A stretch of DNA of 64,000 bases from Balanoglossus misakiensis (GCA_040954595.2 CM082591.2:5363009-5427008), one strand, 5' to 3'; positions 34,184 through 49,082 are shown, counted from the first letter of the stretch. Numbers and translations: made by a program. Notes: a model not told the origin generated them from the sequence alone.

Positions 34184-37100
34184 CTAGGTAACTTGACAGA
34201 TGTAGCTTCTCGTCTGTGAGCACACGTCATCATTCCATTTGTAGTTGTACCTGGACCGAAGTTCTGTATCAAACAAACAAACAAGCAAACAAACAAACAT
34301 TAATTGCGATCGGTAGGTAAAAACTGTCACTCATCATAACCTTATTCATTATCGCAGGCGTAGGCCTATATGCTGTTGTTCTGAACTGAATTTATGTCCG
34401 GATTTTTGTGATTTGTATATAGCAAAATTGATAAACATTTGTTTATTTGTATAAATTCTTATACCCACATGCAAAACGCCGTCAACGCCAGAGGCTGAGA
34501 CATGAATAATTTTGTCTGTCGTACCTATACAATGTGACGTTGCAGGGAGACTTGGTTCATTGTCGAACCAGTTGGTGTAAGACAAGGCATCTCCCGTTGT
34601 GTACATGTAAGTACTAGTCGTTGTGTTGTAGTACAGGCCAAACCAGTGGGACGCGTGTCCCGACAGCATTATGTTGTATTCCATAAACACCTAGGTAAGA
34701 GTGGAAACATGCATTTTGTGAAAATAATACAAATGACTCATATAGTAAAGTACCCCTCCGATACGGTTTCCAAGAAGGAAATTCCAAGTAGGCCTGTATG
34801 GATTTTTTTCTTCAGAGTTATCAGCAAAATTAAGAAATTAAGCATTTCAAATTAATTTGAATTGAATTTTAATACCAGAGAGTAATACCTTGGTTTGTGA
34901 ATTATCTCTGCCAATGTACCAAATGTCCAAATATTCAATTTTATTTTCCATATCCCATTCATTTAAATTACTTGTTCACTACTGCAAAATGCAGTACTTA
35001 CGCCCATTTGATTATTTCCATAAAATCATTTAGGACTTATTGCTACCTGTAACTCGGCGCTGTCAATCACTGCGAGATGGCCTCCATGATTGATGACGCA
35101 ATCGTCTTCCGCCTCGTCCCACAATAATTTCGGCGAGATGAAAATGTAGCATATTGAATTAAACGAAACGCCATTTGTGAGACACGGAATGGCTGGTGGC
35201 GGCGCTGTAAAGAGAACAGATGGTGCAAGGAATAAAGTGTGAATATTTCCAACGGTATTTTCTAACTTTATACAGAAAAATATAGATATGATAATGGAAG
35301 ACAAAAATGTTTCAATGATGAAAGTAACCTGTTAGGTTTTCTACGTTATTAAAGGGTATAAGTCATACGCGTGACGTAAGGCGTACAACATTTGCATAAT
35401 TCTGTTTTCCCCAGATTATCACTACTAACCTATCGGCGTTGCAAACACAGAATTCTCCATGATGGCGCCACACATCTGCCCGGCGTCTCCCGCGCAGGGC
35501 ACATTACACGAATCCACCGTCGCCATCTCGCCGTACCGACCGTACGTGTTGCTGCACCGGCACTCGTTCCCGGCCTGCACCGCGGCAAACAGGAAACCTC
35601 CCTGGTAGCAGTGCTCTGTGCAGACGGTGGGCGTCATCGTCGGTGACGTGGTGAGGTTATAGGGCAAATCTCTTGCGCCAAGCCCTTCATCGTCAACGTA
35701 ACAAGCTATGTAAACTATAGGAATTGTAACAGACGGAAGTGTACCTATAAAAGAATTAAAAAAGTAAGGCTTTTAACTTTCATTATTTCAACTTACAGTG
35801 GTGGTTACGAAACACGATAAACCAATCTTAGATTTGTATAACATAAATTGTTGTTGCTTTGGATGTTTAAAATAATTATGTTACAAGAACAAGAACTACC
35901 AAACTGTTCTGTGTCTGAGAACTATTTCTTCTGTTTTTACCACCGCCTGAATGTCTGTGTGTCGATCCGTCTGCTTGTCTGTGTGTTTCTATGTGAGTCA
36001 CGCAAGCTGACTGAATTGCATCTACCCATAGACCCTAAGGTCTAGCTCTATGATCTACCATGGACAGATTTGCGATGAGCCTTACTCATTGGACCGGTGA
36101 CCGAGCAGTCTGCACCGAGGAATCCTGGGTAACATTTGCATATATGTTGCTCCGCGCCGCAGTCTCCCTCACAGAGACCATTCTCGTTGCAAGGCGAGAC
36201 TGCATTGTGACAGTAGTTTGAAATACATCCCTGCAAAAATGAAGGAAAAATAACAATGAAATATCAAACTGACTGATTATAAGAAACGTTTAGGCTATTT
36301 GGCAGTCAAGTTCAAAACAAATGTTATCATTGTGCAACATATCAATATACTAGTACATATATTCAAATATGATATGCGTGTCGAATATCGTCAACCATTA
36401 AAGGTATACGATCACCTCCAAACTCAAGAACAACCCCCTAAAATCTGTGGTTGGCTAGATCTGAATTTACCATGGTAACTGTAGCTAAATTTGCGGAGGT
36501 GACCTTATAACTTTAACCATCTGGCGATCACAGTGTGAATAAGATCTCAGCTAATCCTTCCGGCAGAAAATGAAGCATACGGGGACTTACAGAACGATGT
36601 TTGTCATTTGTTGTACATTTAGATATAGGCTAATGCGCCCGATGGTTGATTCTATAGATCTGCATGGTAGCTTTATGTATTCTGTGATGGTTTAACAATC
36701 ATAATAATATTGAACTATCACGAGCATTGTCAATCGCCCTCATTAGGACCAATGCACTTTATGCATCGTTGTAACGAACCCCGATGTACAATCATGATCT
36801 ATTCATCTGACGAAAATATCCCACCGTCTCGAGGTCACTTCCAATACTTTCAGGTTGTGACTGACAACATGGTCTATCTTTATTTTGATTTATCTCCCTA
36901 AGGTCACCCAGTTTGTCGTCTGAAGCGTGAAACGACTTTAATCAATATAAACGGACGGCGTGTGCAAACTCCATCGCTCAATCATATTGAGAATATATGA
37001 GGATCGAGTACTAGTATATACGTATGGTCTACTTGGCGAGGCAGCGCACGACGTCAAGCTCAAACCAGTTTGGCGTCGACTGATTTCTCAGGGATGGGTC

Positions 37101-40100
37101 AATTCTGATCAAGCCATACCCTGTATAAATTTTATAACATTGAAAAACAAATGAATAGAACAAGCCTACACTCCCGCTTTTATAAATATGATATGCCATC
37201 CCTACTCTGTTGGTATTCATGCCCTGTACATGTACATTACGCAGTGGACAGAAATTGAGCCGTAAGCACAGTCTATTCGTCAAACGAAAAGAAAACTTGC
37301 TCGGTTAGTTAGTCGTACCAGTTTTTAATTGAAAACAAGTTGAACCCGTCTACGGGGGCCTGTCGGTTTCACTTCATGTTCTCTTACGCCTTCCGGCATT
37401 AAGCAGAGCTGGCAGCGACAGGAAACGTATTACCACCAAGGGTTTTAATTATAATATGTTTCTGGAAAATAAATTACAGTCTTTGTAATTAGTCGTGCCG
37501 CAAGTCGCTGAGTTTACACCGATGATTGAGTTGTGTTGGTTTTAACATAATTGTGCAGAGTGTATATATAATATACCGAGGAGCGACGCGCTCTTTCGGT
37601 GAGCAGAACTGTAATTTTACTTTCTTCCCCTCATTCAAAATATTGAAGGATAACCCCACGTTTTTGTCCTCAACTTTAAGAGGGAATAATGTAAAGTTGC
37701 TTTGGGCAAAATATGAGAAAACTTTTAAGACTGATTTTCGAGGGGCGTGTTAGTACATTAAACATTCGCAATCCATATTTCCGTCACAATCGTGACATTT
37801 TTCCACTGGAGCAGACAGACAGACATTTTCTGCGCTTCTATATACAGTCTATCATTATGCAAGCATTGTTTTTTCCTATTTCTAAACTGCTGGTATTAAA
37901 TATGTGACAATTACAACTCGTCGACAACACCAGGTGTATATGTAAAGCATGGCCAATCACGAAGCACGTGCCGCTTTCCTATCATCCAATGAACGATTGG
38001 AACTTGTACACCGTGTGTACAGAGATTCCCATTGGGTTGAGAGTGCTCACGCGTGATGCATGTACGTCACCAGGAGCTTTCCCACACGTAGAGGCTGACG
38101 AAGCTGGCTTCTCGTTCCAAGACTTCAGAGAACTTCTCGGAAAATTTGTAGGACAGGACCCTATATGATGTCGAAAGAGGCCGCCACCCCTTCAGTCCGT
38201 TCTCAGGTGAGCAGAAACCTAGACATAAACCCTCTCATGTAACTGATAATTTCATGTTCATGATTGCAAGGTTCCCAAGAACAAGATGGCGTCTCTCTGC
38301 ATATTCAAGTAGACGTGTAAAACTATTGGACGCCATCTTGTTCGGAAGGAACACATGCACTAAAGCTCCATTAGCTGTAACTTTTCGTTATGTTTTCAGT
38401 GTTTTAATTTCTACAGAAAATAAAGCGAACCGTTACAGCTTTTTAATGTTTCAAACTCTAAAAATTCAAATTTGAAGATAGTATACATTTTATTAAAACG
38501 TGCAAATGGTGCGACAGTGAGCAAAGACCGGAAGCAGGTAGCACTTCCGGTTCAACCTAGACGGCATTGAATATCGCGTGTGTATGTTGTTATAGATACA
38601 CTGAATAAAAATCACGTTAAATTTGATCACAAGGTTAACTAGGCACTCGCGTGAAGGACCCCCAAGACTTTGCAAGACAGCCACGCGAGGCAACAGCTGA
38701 TTGCGAAGGAGTCTCAACGAGACTACAGAGCCAGTAAAGTGAGCAGATTATAGGCTATTCACGTGTTGGAGGTTTTAATTGGGAATTTTAATGGCGACAT
38801 TTACCAGCTTGTAGATGTGTTACACTCGCGTGTGTTTATGAAATGATCATTAATTAAGGAAGCGACGGGGAGGAGTGGGAAAAGATAGGGTGTCCGTAAA
38901 CGCGAAAAGCGCGACTCCTTTCTCTCATGGTGGCATTTACCTGGCGATATACTCTCGTATACATATAAACACGTCAATTTACTTTTGGCGCTGGAAGCTT
39001 ATTGTACGCTTTCTTCCACTTCATTGGCGGTCCCCAGTCCACTGGTCCACAATGATTTCATTCACACGTAACCATCCGATTGACCTTTTGAAGTACGCCA
39101 CGCCAGGAAGAGACAGAATTACAGTTTTATTGGGGCAATCAGAGAATGAATGCAATGTTTTTAAGAATCTGCTCAGAGGTTCTGAGAAGGTAGTTTGCAG
39201 CTCAGAAAAAAACACAGTATTATTCAGCGAACTTTTAGTGTTTCCGCGACTCCATCGCAATAAGAAACCTAATGTACGGGACTTAACAGTCACCTCTAAT
39301 TTACATACGGCTGTAAGGCTAAAATGGTGTGTCTGGGTTTTCTTAAGCTTGGCGGCGCTTTTTTTTCGCGTGGCCACCCACTGAAAATCCATGACTGCCT
39401 AGATGTGATAAAATGATATATAATGTTATGTGATATATGATATAATGATGCCTTTGATGCAATTTAGGGTTTTTTAAGACCGACATTTTGACCAAAACTA
39501 TTGAACATTTCCAAAAAAGTTGACCCCGCTATCTACCGACATCCCCAACCGAAAAAAACCCAGACCATTCCTTGATAATTGCAGTAAGGTCGACACGACT
39601 GCACAATCCCTGGTTGAAAATGGAAAAAATACACAAACATTTAAAACCATTAAATCACGTCATTGCCGTTTCAAATATACGTCTCGAGAGGAGAGAGGAA
39701 ATTGATGACGAAATGCCAATATAGGCGTCCCTTGGTTAAGTCACTGCCAAATTAGAAAATTCAATGTTCATCAGTCCACAATCAGGATTCATTTGTAGTT
39801 TCATATACTCTGAGATGACCTGGTTTACGAAAAGAAATTTCTGCAAATGACGTCTTGATGAAAAACAAGGCGGACCGTGTGATCTGTAAATTGGGTTAAC
39901 TCCACTTTGACGTGAAACCGATGTCAATTGAGGGAGTATTTTAGCGCGTATAAATACTATGCACTGGCCTGGAAGTTTCTGGCCAAGCCTCGTTTCTATA
40001 ACTAACTAAACCAACTGACTGACTCGCTGCATATTGCCATTTAACTCATTGACTGACTGACTGACTGACTGACAGTGCTGTAAAGTTTAGTATTGTTGAC

Positions 40101-43100
40101 CAATTCAACACCATCAATTAATTATACCCACTCATTAAACAAATTCGGCGAGTTTTATAACATGAGAATACGTCGGCAATGTCATTTTTGGTACGGACCA
40201 ACAATTAAATGATGTAAAATTCCATCTGTAATGTTCAATGTATGGGTTGTGAATTGAGTCGTAACATCAGGTCATTGGACATGTTTAAATGAGTAGAACA
40301 ACGTAAACAGCCTATCATAACTAAAATAATGTCAAAAGTTATTAACTTTGTGTATTTAACCTTGGATATTGACGTTTGACGCGGCCCAAGGCCAAATCAT
40401 TATCCTAATGTGACACACGTCTCTGGCAATGGAACCCGTCTACATGGCGGAATTGTTGGTTAAGAAGCGACCTAATGAAAAGCAACAACTCCTTTTAGCC
40501 CAATCGTAATCGAGGTAGTCAAGGCTCTCTCTGCGCCTATTAGCGTTACCGGGAAAAATAGCCGCGTTCCATGACGTGCCAGATGTTATCATTGAATCTA
40601 ATTTATAGTTATCAGGTTAAAATGGCATTAGGTTACTAAAAGCAGTGGATTAATATCCGTCCCTGGTTGCCAGGCGTATCTTTATCAACCTTCTCGACAT
40701 TTTTTTTCGGTTTTTAGATTTTATCGGCGACACTGATACACAGGTCCCGGATGTAGAGCCGTAAATCATAAACAAAGTAATTGCTGACTGCAGACTATTA
40801 CAGTATACACTTTTGAATGGCGAAGTACCATGATTGGTCAGCCATTATATGGGTTCCTAGAGGCAGAAATCTTGAATATTTTCAGCTTCTCGAGTTAAAG
40901 GTGCACACGACCTTGAGCGAATATGCAAATCACCTGGAGGGGACGCGATTTTTTTGTCTATACTGAAAAAAAATTGCTCATAACACAAAATGTGATTCAT
41001 GAAAGTGACGAGTTACCTGCACACAGAGATACATCGCACAGATAGGCAGACAGACAGGCTATATTTTGTTTGCTTTCTTGTTGAGCGTTTTGCGAGATAT
41101 TACTAAAAAAATAATATTTTATGAGAAAGTGTGGCCGAGTTGCCCCAAAATAAAAGTTCCGAGTAGAGCGACTTGCGCATTTCTGTCCCCTGGGTAAAAG
41201 CTTTAGAAAATCATGAATTTGACTATCGATTTCTCACTAATGTATTGATAATAATCACAGTATGTTCCACATATATTTGAACAATTTCACTGTGGTTTAC
41301 CCAAGAGGGGAGTCCAATGTTCGTCCTTAAACCCAATTTGCCAGTTTCATTGTTCACTTTTATTGATGTGTCAACCAACTGCCGCGACCCCACTTAAAAC
41401 TGGCCTGTCATCGACAGCAAGGGCTTCTAGCTTCGCACTTACAATTTCTTTCCAACTGTAGCAAATAAGGGTTAATGGTTGTATTTAGAAGCCAAACCAC
41501 ACCTATAAAAATTATCGACTCCTCTCTCCGCAAAGAGAACTTGTCGCATGTCGTTCGCACTCACTCACTGCGCTCTAGTATATGAATTTCAGGATAAATC
41601 TTACAAAACAAGATTTCGTTTATCAGTGAATCGATCACTTGAAATCAAGCAGTTTTGAAGTAGCCCGTGAATTTTCATTACACAACGGCCATTTTAAACA
41701 ATTTCAGCTCATAAGGTTGACAGGATTTAACCTCTCAATGATACACCACTTTGACCCAAGGTCATCCCTCAAAACAGTTCACTTCGTATCCATTTCCGGC
41801 GGAAACAGCGTTAACGCGGGCGCTTTTTATCTCGGGCCGATAAAACCCGTCATCGTGTCTCCGTCGCACTTATAACTATAACACGCGCCGATGTTCCCTA
41901 TTTATTGATATTTATATAATAAAAAGCACTTTCTGGGTTCAGTAATACTCTGGTTTTGGGACGCCGTGCATTTTTCATTTTGTTTGCTCACTGTAGTGGT
42001 GAAGTATATAGCGGGTGAAACTGCTGAAGAAAAAAAACACGTAAAATAACTCCAAAGTTCCATATGTACACAAAACATATACTTGTCTGTCGCTCTGTTT
42101 TGCATTACTTGAATATCCTGGCGAGAACATTTACAATTGACTAGACTTTGTTGCTTTATTACTAGTAAAGTATAAAATCAATGGAGGTTGCGATGACTGA
42201 TCGTGCGTAACCTAGGTTTCTGCACACAAGCTACACGTGCCTGGTTTTCAAGAAATTGAAACCTTTGGAAACGTTTTCTGAAAAGGAGAATGTGTAGTTT
42301 TAATGGTTATAGGCACTGAAATGGGAGAAAACTTGCGAATATCGTCGGGTAATTAACAATCTCGCTGTATACAAAAACACCAGCAACCTCCGTCAAACTT
42401 CGGGCATCCAGTCAGACCTATATTTCAACGTCGTCACGTCGTTTCCATGTACGTCAACATTGTTTCCTGTTTTCGTCCGTTCCCAGACACCCTGTGTGAA
42501 TTTCGACACTTTGAAGCAGTTTATTTGTGTGCATTTGCTATAAATCTATCCAGTGACATTAGTAGATAAAGAGGAGGATGATATATTTACCTGCATTCTA
42601 ATAATTTTAATAACTTCAGCAATAACAAGATTTTCCGCGATGTGCCACTTGATTGTTTCAGGAGTGTATTTCTGACTGTCCGTGGCATAAATTTCCTGTT
42701 AACTTGTTAACTGTAAACCACAAATAGGTGTTTAGGATTGATAAAACAATCGAAAGCTGTAAACTCTCTGTCTGCCCGCCTGTCTTAACTGTCCACATGC
42801 GGACATTGTCAGCAGGTAAAAATCGGCTGAGTTATCATATGACGCAAACAGCGTTTATTGCGCCTGGTTTCGACAGGAAAAGAACGGTGTTTTGGATAAT
42901 CTGTATTTACAGCAAGAAATATAGAACCAGTGCAGAGAAACGGAGCGATGGATAATATCTCATGATACGACCCGTGTAAGATAAATGTTTTATCGTTTAA
43001 TTAAAACTCACGTGTGCGCAGTTCAACGGAGGGGGAGCGGAGTCTGATTCGATCTTCCAAATCTGTCTATCGCTTCATCTCAAACGGGGAAACGGCGGGT

Positions 43101-44323
43101 TCTGTAAACAAGTCACGCCCGGAAAATTTAGCAGACTGCAAATTTAAAGTCGTGTATTGTACAGTCAATATTCGCCTAGCATGTATGGTTTTTTTTCCAC
43201 GGTCTATCTTTGGATAGTTAAAATCGTCCATTCTCGACCCTCAAATTTTAGCTAAGAGCGAGAACATGCTCACTTGATAACTTTTGCTAATTTTCTGGCG
43301 ACCAGATGGCGATAGTGATCCGTCATTGCAACTATTGCCCCCGGTGATAATATAAAACACACGGAGGTGTTCAATTCATCTGTGCCACTTGATATATACT
43401 TGCTCATGTGTACGAATAATAATTAATATGTGCTCATATTTCTTGCCAAATATTCACATTGCGTGATCGGGTTTCTCGATACACGTCGATCTTTAATAGG
43501 CGCTGGAAAAGATAGGGTTGAAATTGTGGCTTAAACGTAATACACCTTACGCAGCAGGGAGTCAAGATGAATTTCTATCATTCGATGTGTCCATCAGTTA
43601 ATTTAAGTGGACCAACTTTCGCTGATTTCGATTTAATATTAACAGTGGTTTTCACTGATAAAACATACAATCATTAGAATCGTTTGGCGAAAACGAAAGA
43701 TATCCTGACGCACACAGAAATTCTCGTGTCGTGACGTCATGCTCGTCGTCGGGTACAGCTATCAACAAAGTAGAAGGTCCGCGTTCCTACCAAACCGTCA
43801 TGAACGACACTAAGTAAACGAAACTTAAAAAAAAAATTAAAGGATTTCGATTACGAATTTCATATTCCAATTGTATTGACATTGACAGCATTGATGTGTA
43901 TTATAAAACTTGTAACCCAAGCCAGTGTTCTGTTTTCTACCAATTCCAAATCATCACTTGGAATATGAAGTTGGTGAAAGTGGTTTCTCACGCGTTTCAG
44001 CGCGCGGAACCCGCGCGGATATGAACCAAAATGACGCGGAATAAAAAAAGACGCACACTCACCTGGTTGGGATAGCCGCCTCTGTTAAAATACTTAAAGG
44101 TGCCCGGTCCCACGCTGCTCGCCTCGCCATTCAGCAGTTGACACACGCTGGAACGTCTGTCGATGGCAAACCCGTCGCAGTCTGTCAACTCGTTGCAACG
44201 GCTTGAACACTCCACCACGCTGAAGACATAGACCTGCTCCAACATCAGCGGCAGGACACGGTCAAACTGCGCGCACAGCAGCAGGTCCGCTAAAATCGCA
44301 AAAATGCCGAAATAAGGAGTCAT
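34184..44323 (-). CDS. Secreted multidomain lectin: SP-PAN/apple-EGF-WSC-C-type lectin, 6 exons
   Basis: Exons (minus strand): 44323-44063 (MTPYFGIFAILADLLLCAQ signal plus SVVECSSRCNELTDCDGFAI...CQLL PAN-like, phase 0); 36230-36086 (EGF-like PCNENGLC...CKCYPGFLGADC, phase-0 start); 35744-35430 (WSC YIACYVD...MTPTVCTEHC...FAAVQAGNECRC...PCAGD...CG); 35204-35047, 34690-34525 and 34263-34184 (CTLD with WFGL, EPS, WND). The five 3' exons are firm. Joining the PAN exon across a 7.8-kb intron rests on phase compatibility and the need for a signal peptide. Confidence 0.8.
36398..36516. mobile_element. Complete about 120-bp TTAA-flanked MITE (Kolobok-like AGG...yyT ends)
   Basis: TTAAAGGTATACGATCACCTCC...GGAGGTGACCTTATAACTTTAA, with inverted termini. 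Relatives at 6774 and 39283. Confidence 0.75.
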
Positions 44324-47300
44324 CGTGGACGCGAATTCTCTGTTACCTGTGTCGCTGAACGGTACGCCAATCAGTATTCCCCCTGCCGCCTGGCAACATA
44401 ACATGTCAAACTAATCTACTCTGTATAGACCCGCAGTCCTCCACAAAAGCACCGGCCTATCAGCTCTGTCACGTGACCGGCTGATCAAAGAAAGGTAATT
44501 CGGAGTAAAACGAACGCTTGCCTCCACCTGACCTCGTGTGCCAGTGTGCACGCACAAACAAACAATTTTCTCCCTGTTCATCACAACTTTCATCGGTTTT
44601 TCAGTTCGTATCATTAGCACATTCGCGATCATTTTACGCTCCGTTCATTTTTCAATGGGCTGTAAAGTTCTGCCCGGCTCACACGATTCTAATGGACACG
44701 TTCTCAACAAAGGAAAATAGCTATAGCATTTTGTCTGAGCCAATAGTGTACATGGTTGTCGTTATTTGAAGACTTCCGCTTGAAACCCCAACTTGCAGCA
44801 GTAGTCGAAAGAAAATCACCTTGTGAGGAGTGTGTTAGTGTTTGTAATCATTATTCTAGACGATATTAAACAAAATAACATTTCAAAAGCGCCATTTTTG
44901 TCGAAAAAGCAACAAATGCACAGGACAGACAATAATTTTATCCTTTATTCAAATTTTCGGTTTTACTGGGAGAAACGTCGTCAAAACAACGTAAATGGCC
45001 CCTCATAATCCCGGATACGAAACCCCCTACAAATTTCAAGTTTTGACTCTCTGACATGCAGGATATGAAGTTGCCGTAAACACTCGACATTTTTTATTTC
45101 ATGCACTCCAACTTTATATTGTCTGTTTTTAATCCCCAAACAAGGGATAGTCTATAGTGAAAATACTCGCCATATGTCTAAGATTAATCACTGGCAACTG
45201 AAAAAGTCAGAATGTTGGAATTCTGACATTTTACCGAAAAGAATAATAGTTGTGATAAATTGGACAGTGTTAAAAGGCTTTAGTGTTTAAAAGAAGAATA
45301 CTACGTTTTCAGCGGAGACATCTGCTTGTTGTTCATTTGTACGATTGTTTCGACCACAGATGTTGAAGTAAACGACCGACGCATAAATATAGAAGTGAAA
45401 TATTTCTTTGCCATAAAGTTATTTTACGTACACGCACGTGAAATAATGTGCGCACATTTTTGGATTTATACTCTTGTAATCGCAACTTTGTCCTAGTTTA
45501 GGCGTTTATTCCACCTTAAATTGGTTCCTTGCTCCGAGAAAACAATAAACTTTCTGCCCATATAAGTGTCCAGTCTGCAGTATATGCAGAACATTATTTT
45601 GAATGTAGTTTGCCTTTTGAGGTAATATGCATTTTGAATCTCCCTATTTATTAAGCTGCGTTTGAATACAATCCAAGGAAAACTAGGTGACCCAGAGTTT
45701 GGTGGCATATTGGGCTCGGCAGCGCGGTTCTCTGTAGAAAATAATAATCGGTTGCACTCAGGGGGGAAATTAAAAATGTCAATTCAAATTATGTTCAGGA
45801 GATCGCTGGTGCGTGCTGCGAATAAACGCCGAAGTCAAGGTGCGTAAATTGAAATATCACCGCGGCGCGTAACGAAGGACGAATTCTCATCAGGTGATTT
45901 AGCGCAACCGATTCAGATTCATCGGGTCTACATTCGGACGAAAATGGAAAATGCCAGTTTTGATTTTTCGGGGGATTGGCCCCCTTCAAGTTGTTATGTT
46001 GTGCGACGTCGTGTGGCAAACGACACCAGAAGTCATGCAAACAGCCGCGGGTTCCATGAGACCTACTCGACGAGTGTTTACCACTGAATGCTTGCTACAA
46101 ATGCAGCAAAACCGAGCTTGTTTTTATCGCCAAAACACTTCAAGATTGCTTCGTTACCACAGAAGAGCGTTATAAGCACGATAACAATTTTGCGTCACTT
46201 GACGTATCATCATCCTGTGTTTTTGAGTGTTCATATAGACGAATCAACAGGTTCAACCCAGATCAGTAGATTATTAATACACTGTACACCCACAATTGCA
46301 CGTTTATATCTAACACAGGCGCGTGTGTAGCCTTTTGATGTCAATGTTTCCAAATGACAATACTCCCAAACTAAACGTTTTTACTCGATTCTGGAAAAGG
46401 GTTTTTGACCTTGAATTCAGAACCCTCCAGAACCCTCCACGGGAAGGGTTGGCAGCTTACCAGTTAATGCTCATGCCCACAGCACGCCTGAAATAGTACG
46501 AGGAGGTCGTCATCGACAATTGCAGAAATTCGAAGTACCGTTCTATCTAAGTCACACACGCTTCGCCTATTCCCACAAACGCTAAATACATCTTTTACCC
46601 AATGAATCACACTGGCTTTGAATTATGAACTGCACAGTTTTTGCGAGAAATAGAATTCCCCAAACAGCAGTGGAGTTAGTCTGTGCGTTAATCTTCCACG
46701 CGACCGTGCGCGCGCCTCGAGTTTGATCAGTTGAACTACGGGTAATCGACTCCTCGCGGCTATAATTTATTTTTCGTTGCACAACATATAGACACGAAAG
46801 ATTCTGATACATCACAGTAAAATATTTGCAGGTTGATAACCAGTTAAGTGTTATTGAAATGACCCAAGCTTAAAAAGTGCATTTTTGTTCAGGTGACGTA
46901 AGAGTATAATGGGGGCATTTTCGGAGCAACAGTAACCATAGCAATGCCAAATTATTGAGTGATAATCTCCTCTCTATACATTAATATGAGTGCTTTTAAA
47001 ATTGTCGGCTAACGCTCATAGTGTTTAATGCTACTTGCTTGTAGACAGGTCTGTAAAGGTGGTACCGATTTAATGAATAAATCCATTTCTATGGGCCTGA
47101 AGTGGCTCTTCGGGAAAGAGTCGGTTTGCAAAGCTCTAGGACGAATCCAGGGATTGAGAAATCAGATGGGTGTTCCAACTGCACCAACCAACGGATATTA
47201 ATGTTTGGGGTGATACAAGCATATTTGCACGAGCACTGCGAAATAGTGCAGTAGATCAATTAAGCAAGATTTAAGCAAGTCTCGCTATGAACAGAAAATC

Positions 47301-47357
47301 ATCTGTTAAATTCGATGCCATTTCTGATATTCGTATAGGTACAATGCTTTCACCTTT

Positions 47358-47573
<216 letters not shown>

Positions 47574-49082
47574 GTAAACACATACATTTCATACATAAAT
47601 GGCTGTAATCCATGCACTGGTATTTCTGGGTCGATAGAGTTCCTGCATTTGTCTCATGGTCCATATCCCTATTGCTCTGCTAATAACAAAATGATTTATC
47701 TCAGTGCTATAATTGCTCATCTATTCCAGCGAGTTAGCGTTCGATTAAAATATGTCGATTAAAAATTAAAGTATTAATGCACGAGAATGAAAAGTAACCC
47801 TGCCAGTATTGGCAATCTCAGCCAAGTGTTAAATAACAATTACTAGGCCTGTGACGGTGCAATGGAAAATACTGTATTATAATACTTTGGTAGAAATTGA
47901 AAGTAATTGCACGTGACAGTTTGATTGGATTGGAAAATTCCTTGGCGTTGAATTTAGTTTTGTCTTTGTTCCAATGTCGCGTTAAAGCAGTATGAATGCG
48001 TGGATTGATTTCATGCTATTTGGGGTTTATTAACCCCCTTTGATTTTCATATTTCGCCGGATGAGTAACATTTACGCGTATAAAAGACTTTTCAATTCAC
48101 ATTTTCAGCAAATTTGATTTTGTATAAAGATTAATATGCATGTTTGTCAAAGGCGAAGTCAAGGCAACCCGGTATAAAACGTTAAACATTCTGTCAGGCA
48201 AAAGGCACATATTGATATTTTGAGGTCACTTGCGTAGCTGTGGTAACTTTCGTGGGCTTAAGGGGTGCTGTTTTAAATAATAAAGATTTGAAAGGTGCCG
48301 GAATCGTATTTTGAAAACTTTCTGCTGCGGAAAGCATTTATTCAGACTGAAATAAAAATACATGAAATCACCAATGACCACATTACTTTACTTCTTGTTG
48401 TGAGTAAATCGATACAGTTGAACAATGGAGACTTTTTGGCTTTGCTTTTGATCGGCAACCAAATTTCGGCACTTCCGGCCACTGCTTTTTGCAGCTAATA
48501 AGCAGAAAGCATGCTACAGAATTGCCAAATAACGAACCCTCAACTGCTTAACACATTTGCTCGAATACCAAAAAGGCACTGTGTTTATGGTCGATATTGT
48601 TCTATAATTGTGGTAAGCAACGAGCGAACGCCGGTAATATATCGTCATTTCCTTGCCCTAGCTAAAGTACAACGACGCAACACGCGCGCTGAATTGATTG
48701 GATCGAACCATGCATTGCTAAATGTCCCATGGATCATTCGGGTGTGACTGTTTTTTTATATCGGATGGGAGTCGACGTTTTGGCATTCGCGGTATTTTAC
48801 CTGTCGTCGATTTTTATAAGCCTATAAAGTACAAAGGTCGTAAAATGCTTGGATAAAATTCTGTGATAGATGGGTTTGGGCTCCTGTCCCACTTCTACCA
48901 CTGGCTGCGCTGTTTTTTCTTTAGGTACAGCGCAGCCGCAATGAAAACATGGCCGCTTGGATGACAAAGCTAAGTAAATCTTTAGCCTTCCCGTAGACGT
49001 CGGAATCACTGACTGAGATTACAGTTTTATTCAACCTGAATATAAGAGCAGGTTTAAGGTTCAATCAAGCTCCTATCTCAGT

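Noticed and set aside
35001-35046. Apparent premature stop in the CTLD exon (ISPK-stop) suggesting a pseudogene
   Set aside because: A donor at CAG|GTAGCA (35047/35046) joins in phase 0 to the 34690 exon and keeps the frame open.
38875-39392. Overlapping 169-aa and 123-aa ORFs
   Set aside because: No recognisable domain or splice context, and they run into a MITE copy at 39283-39407.
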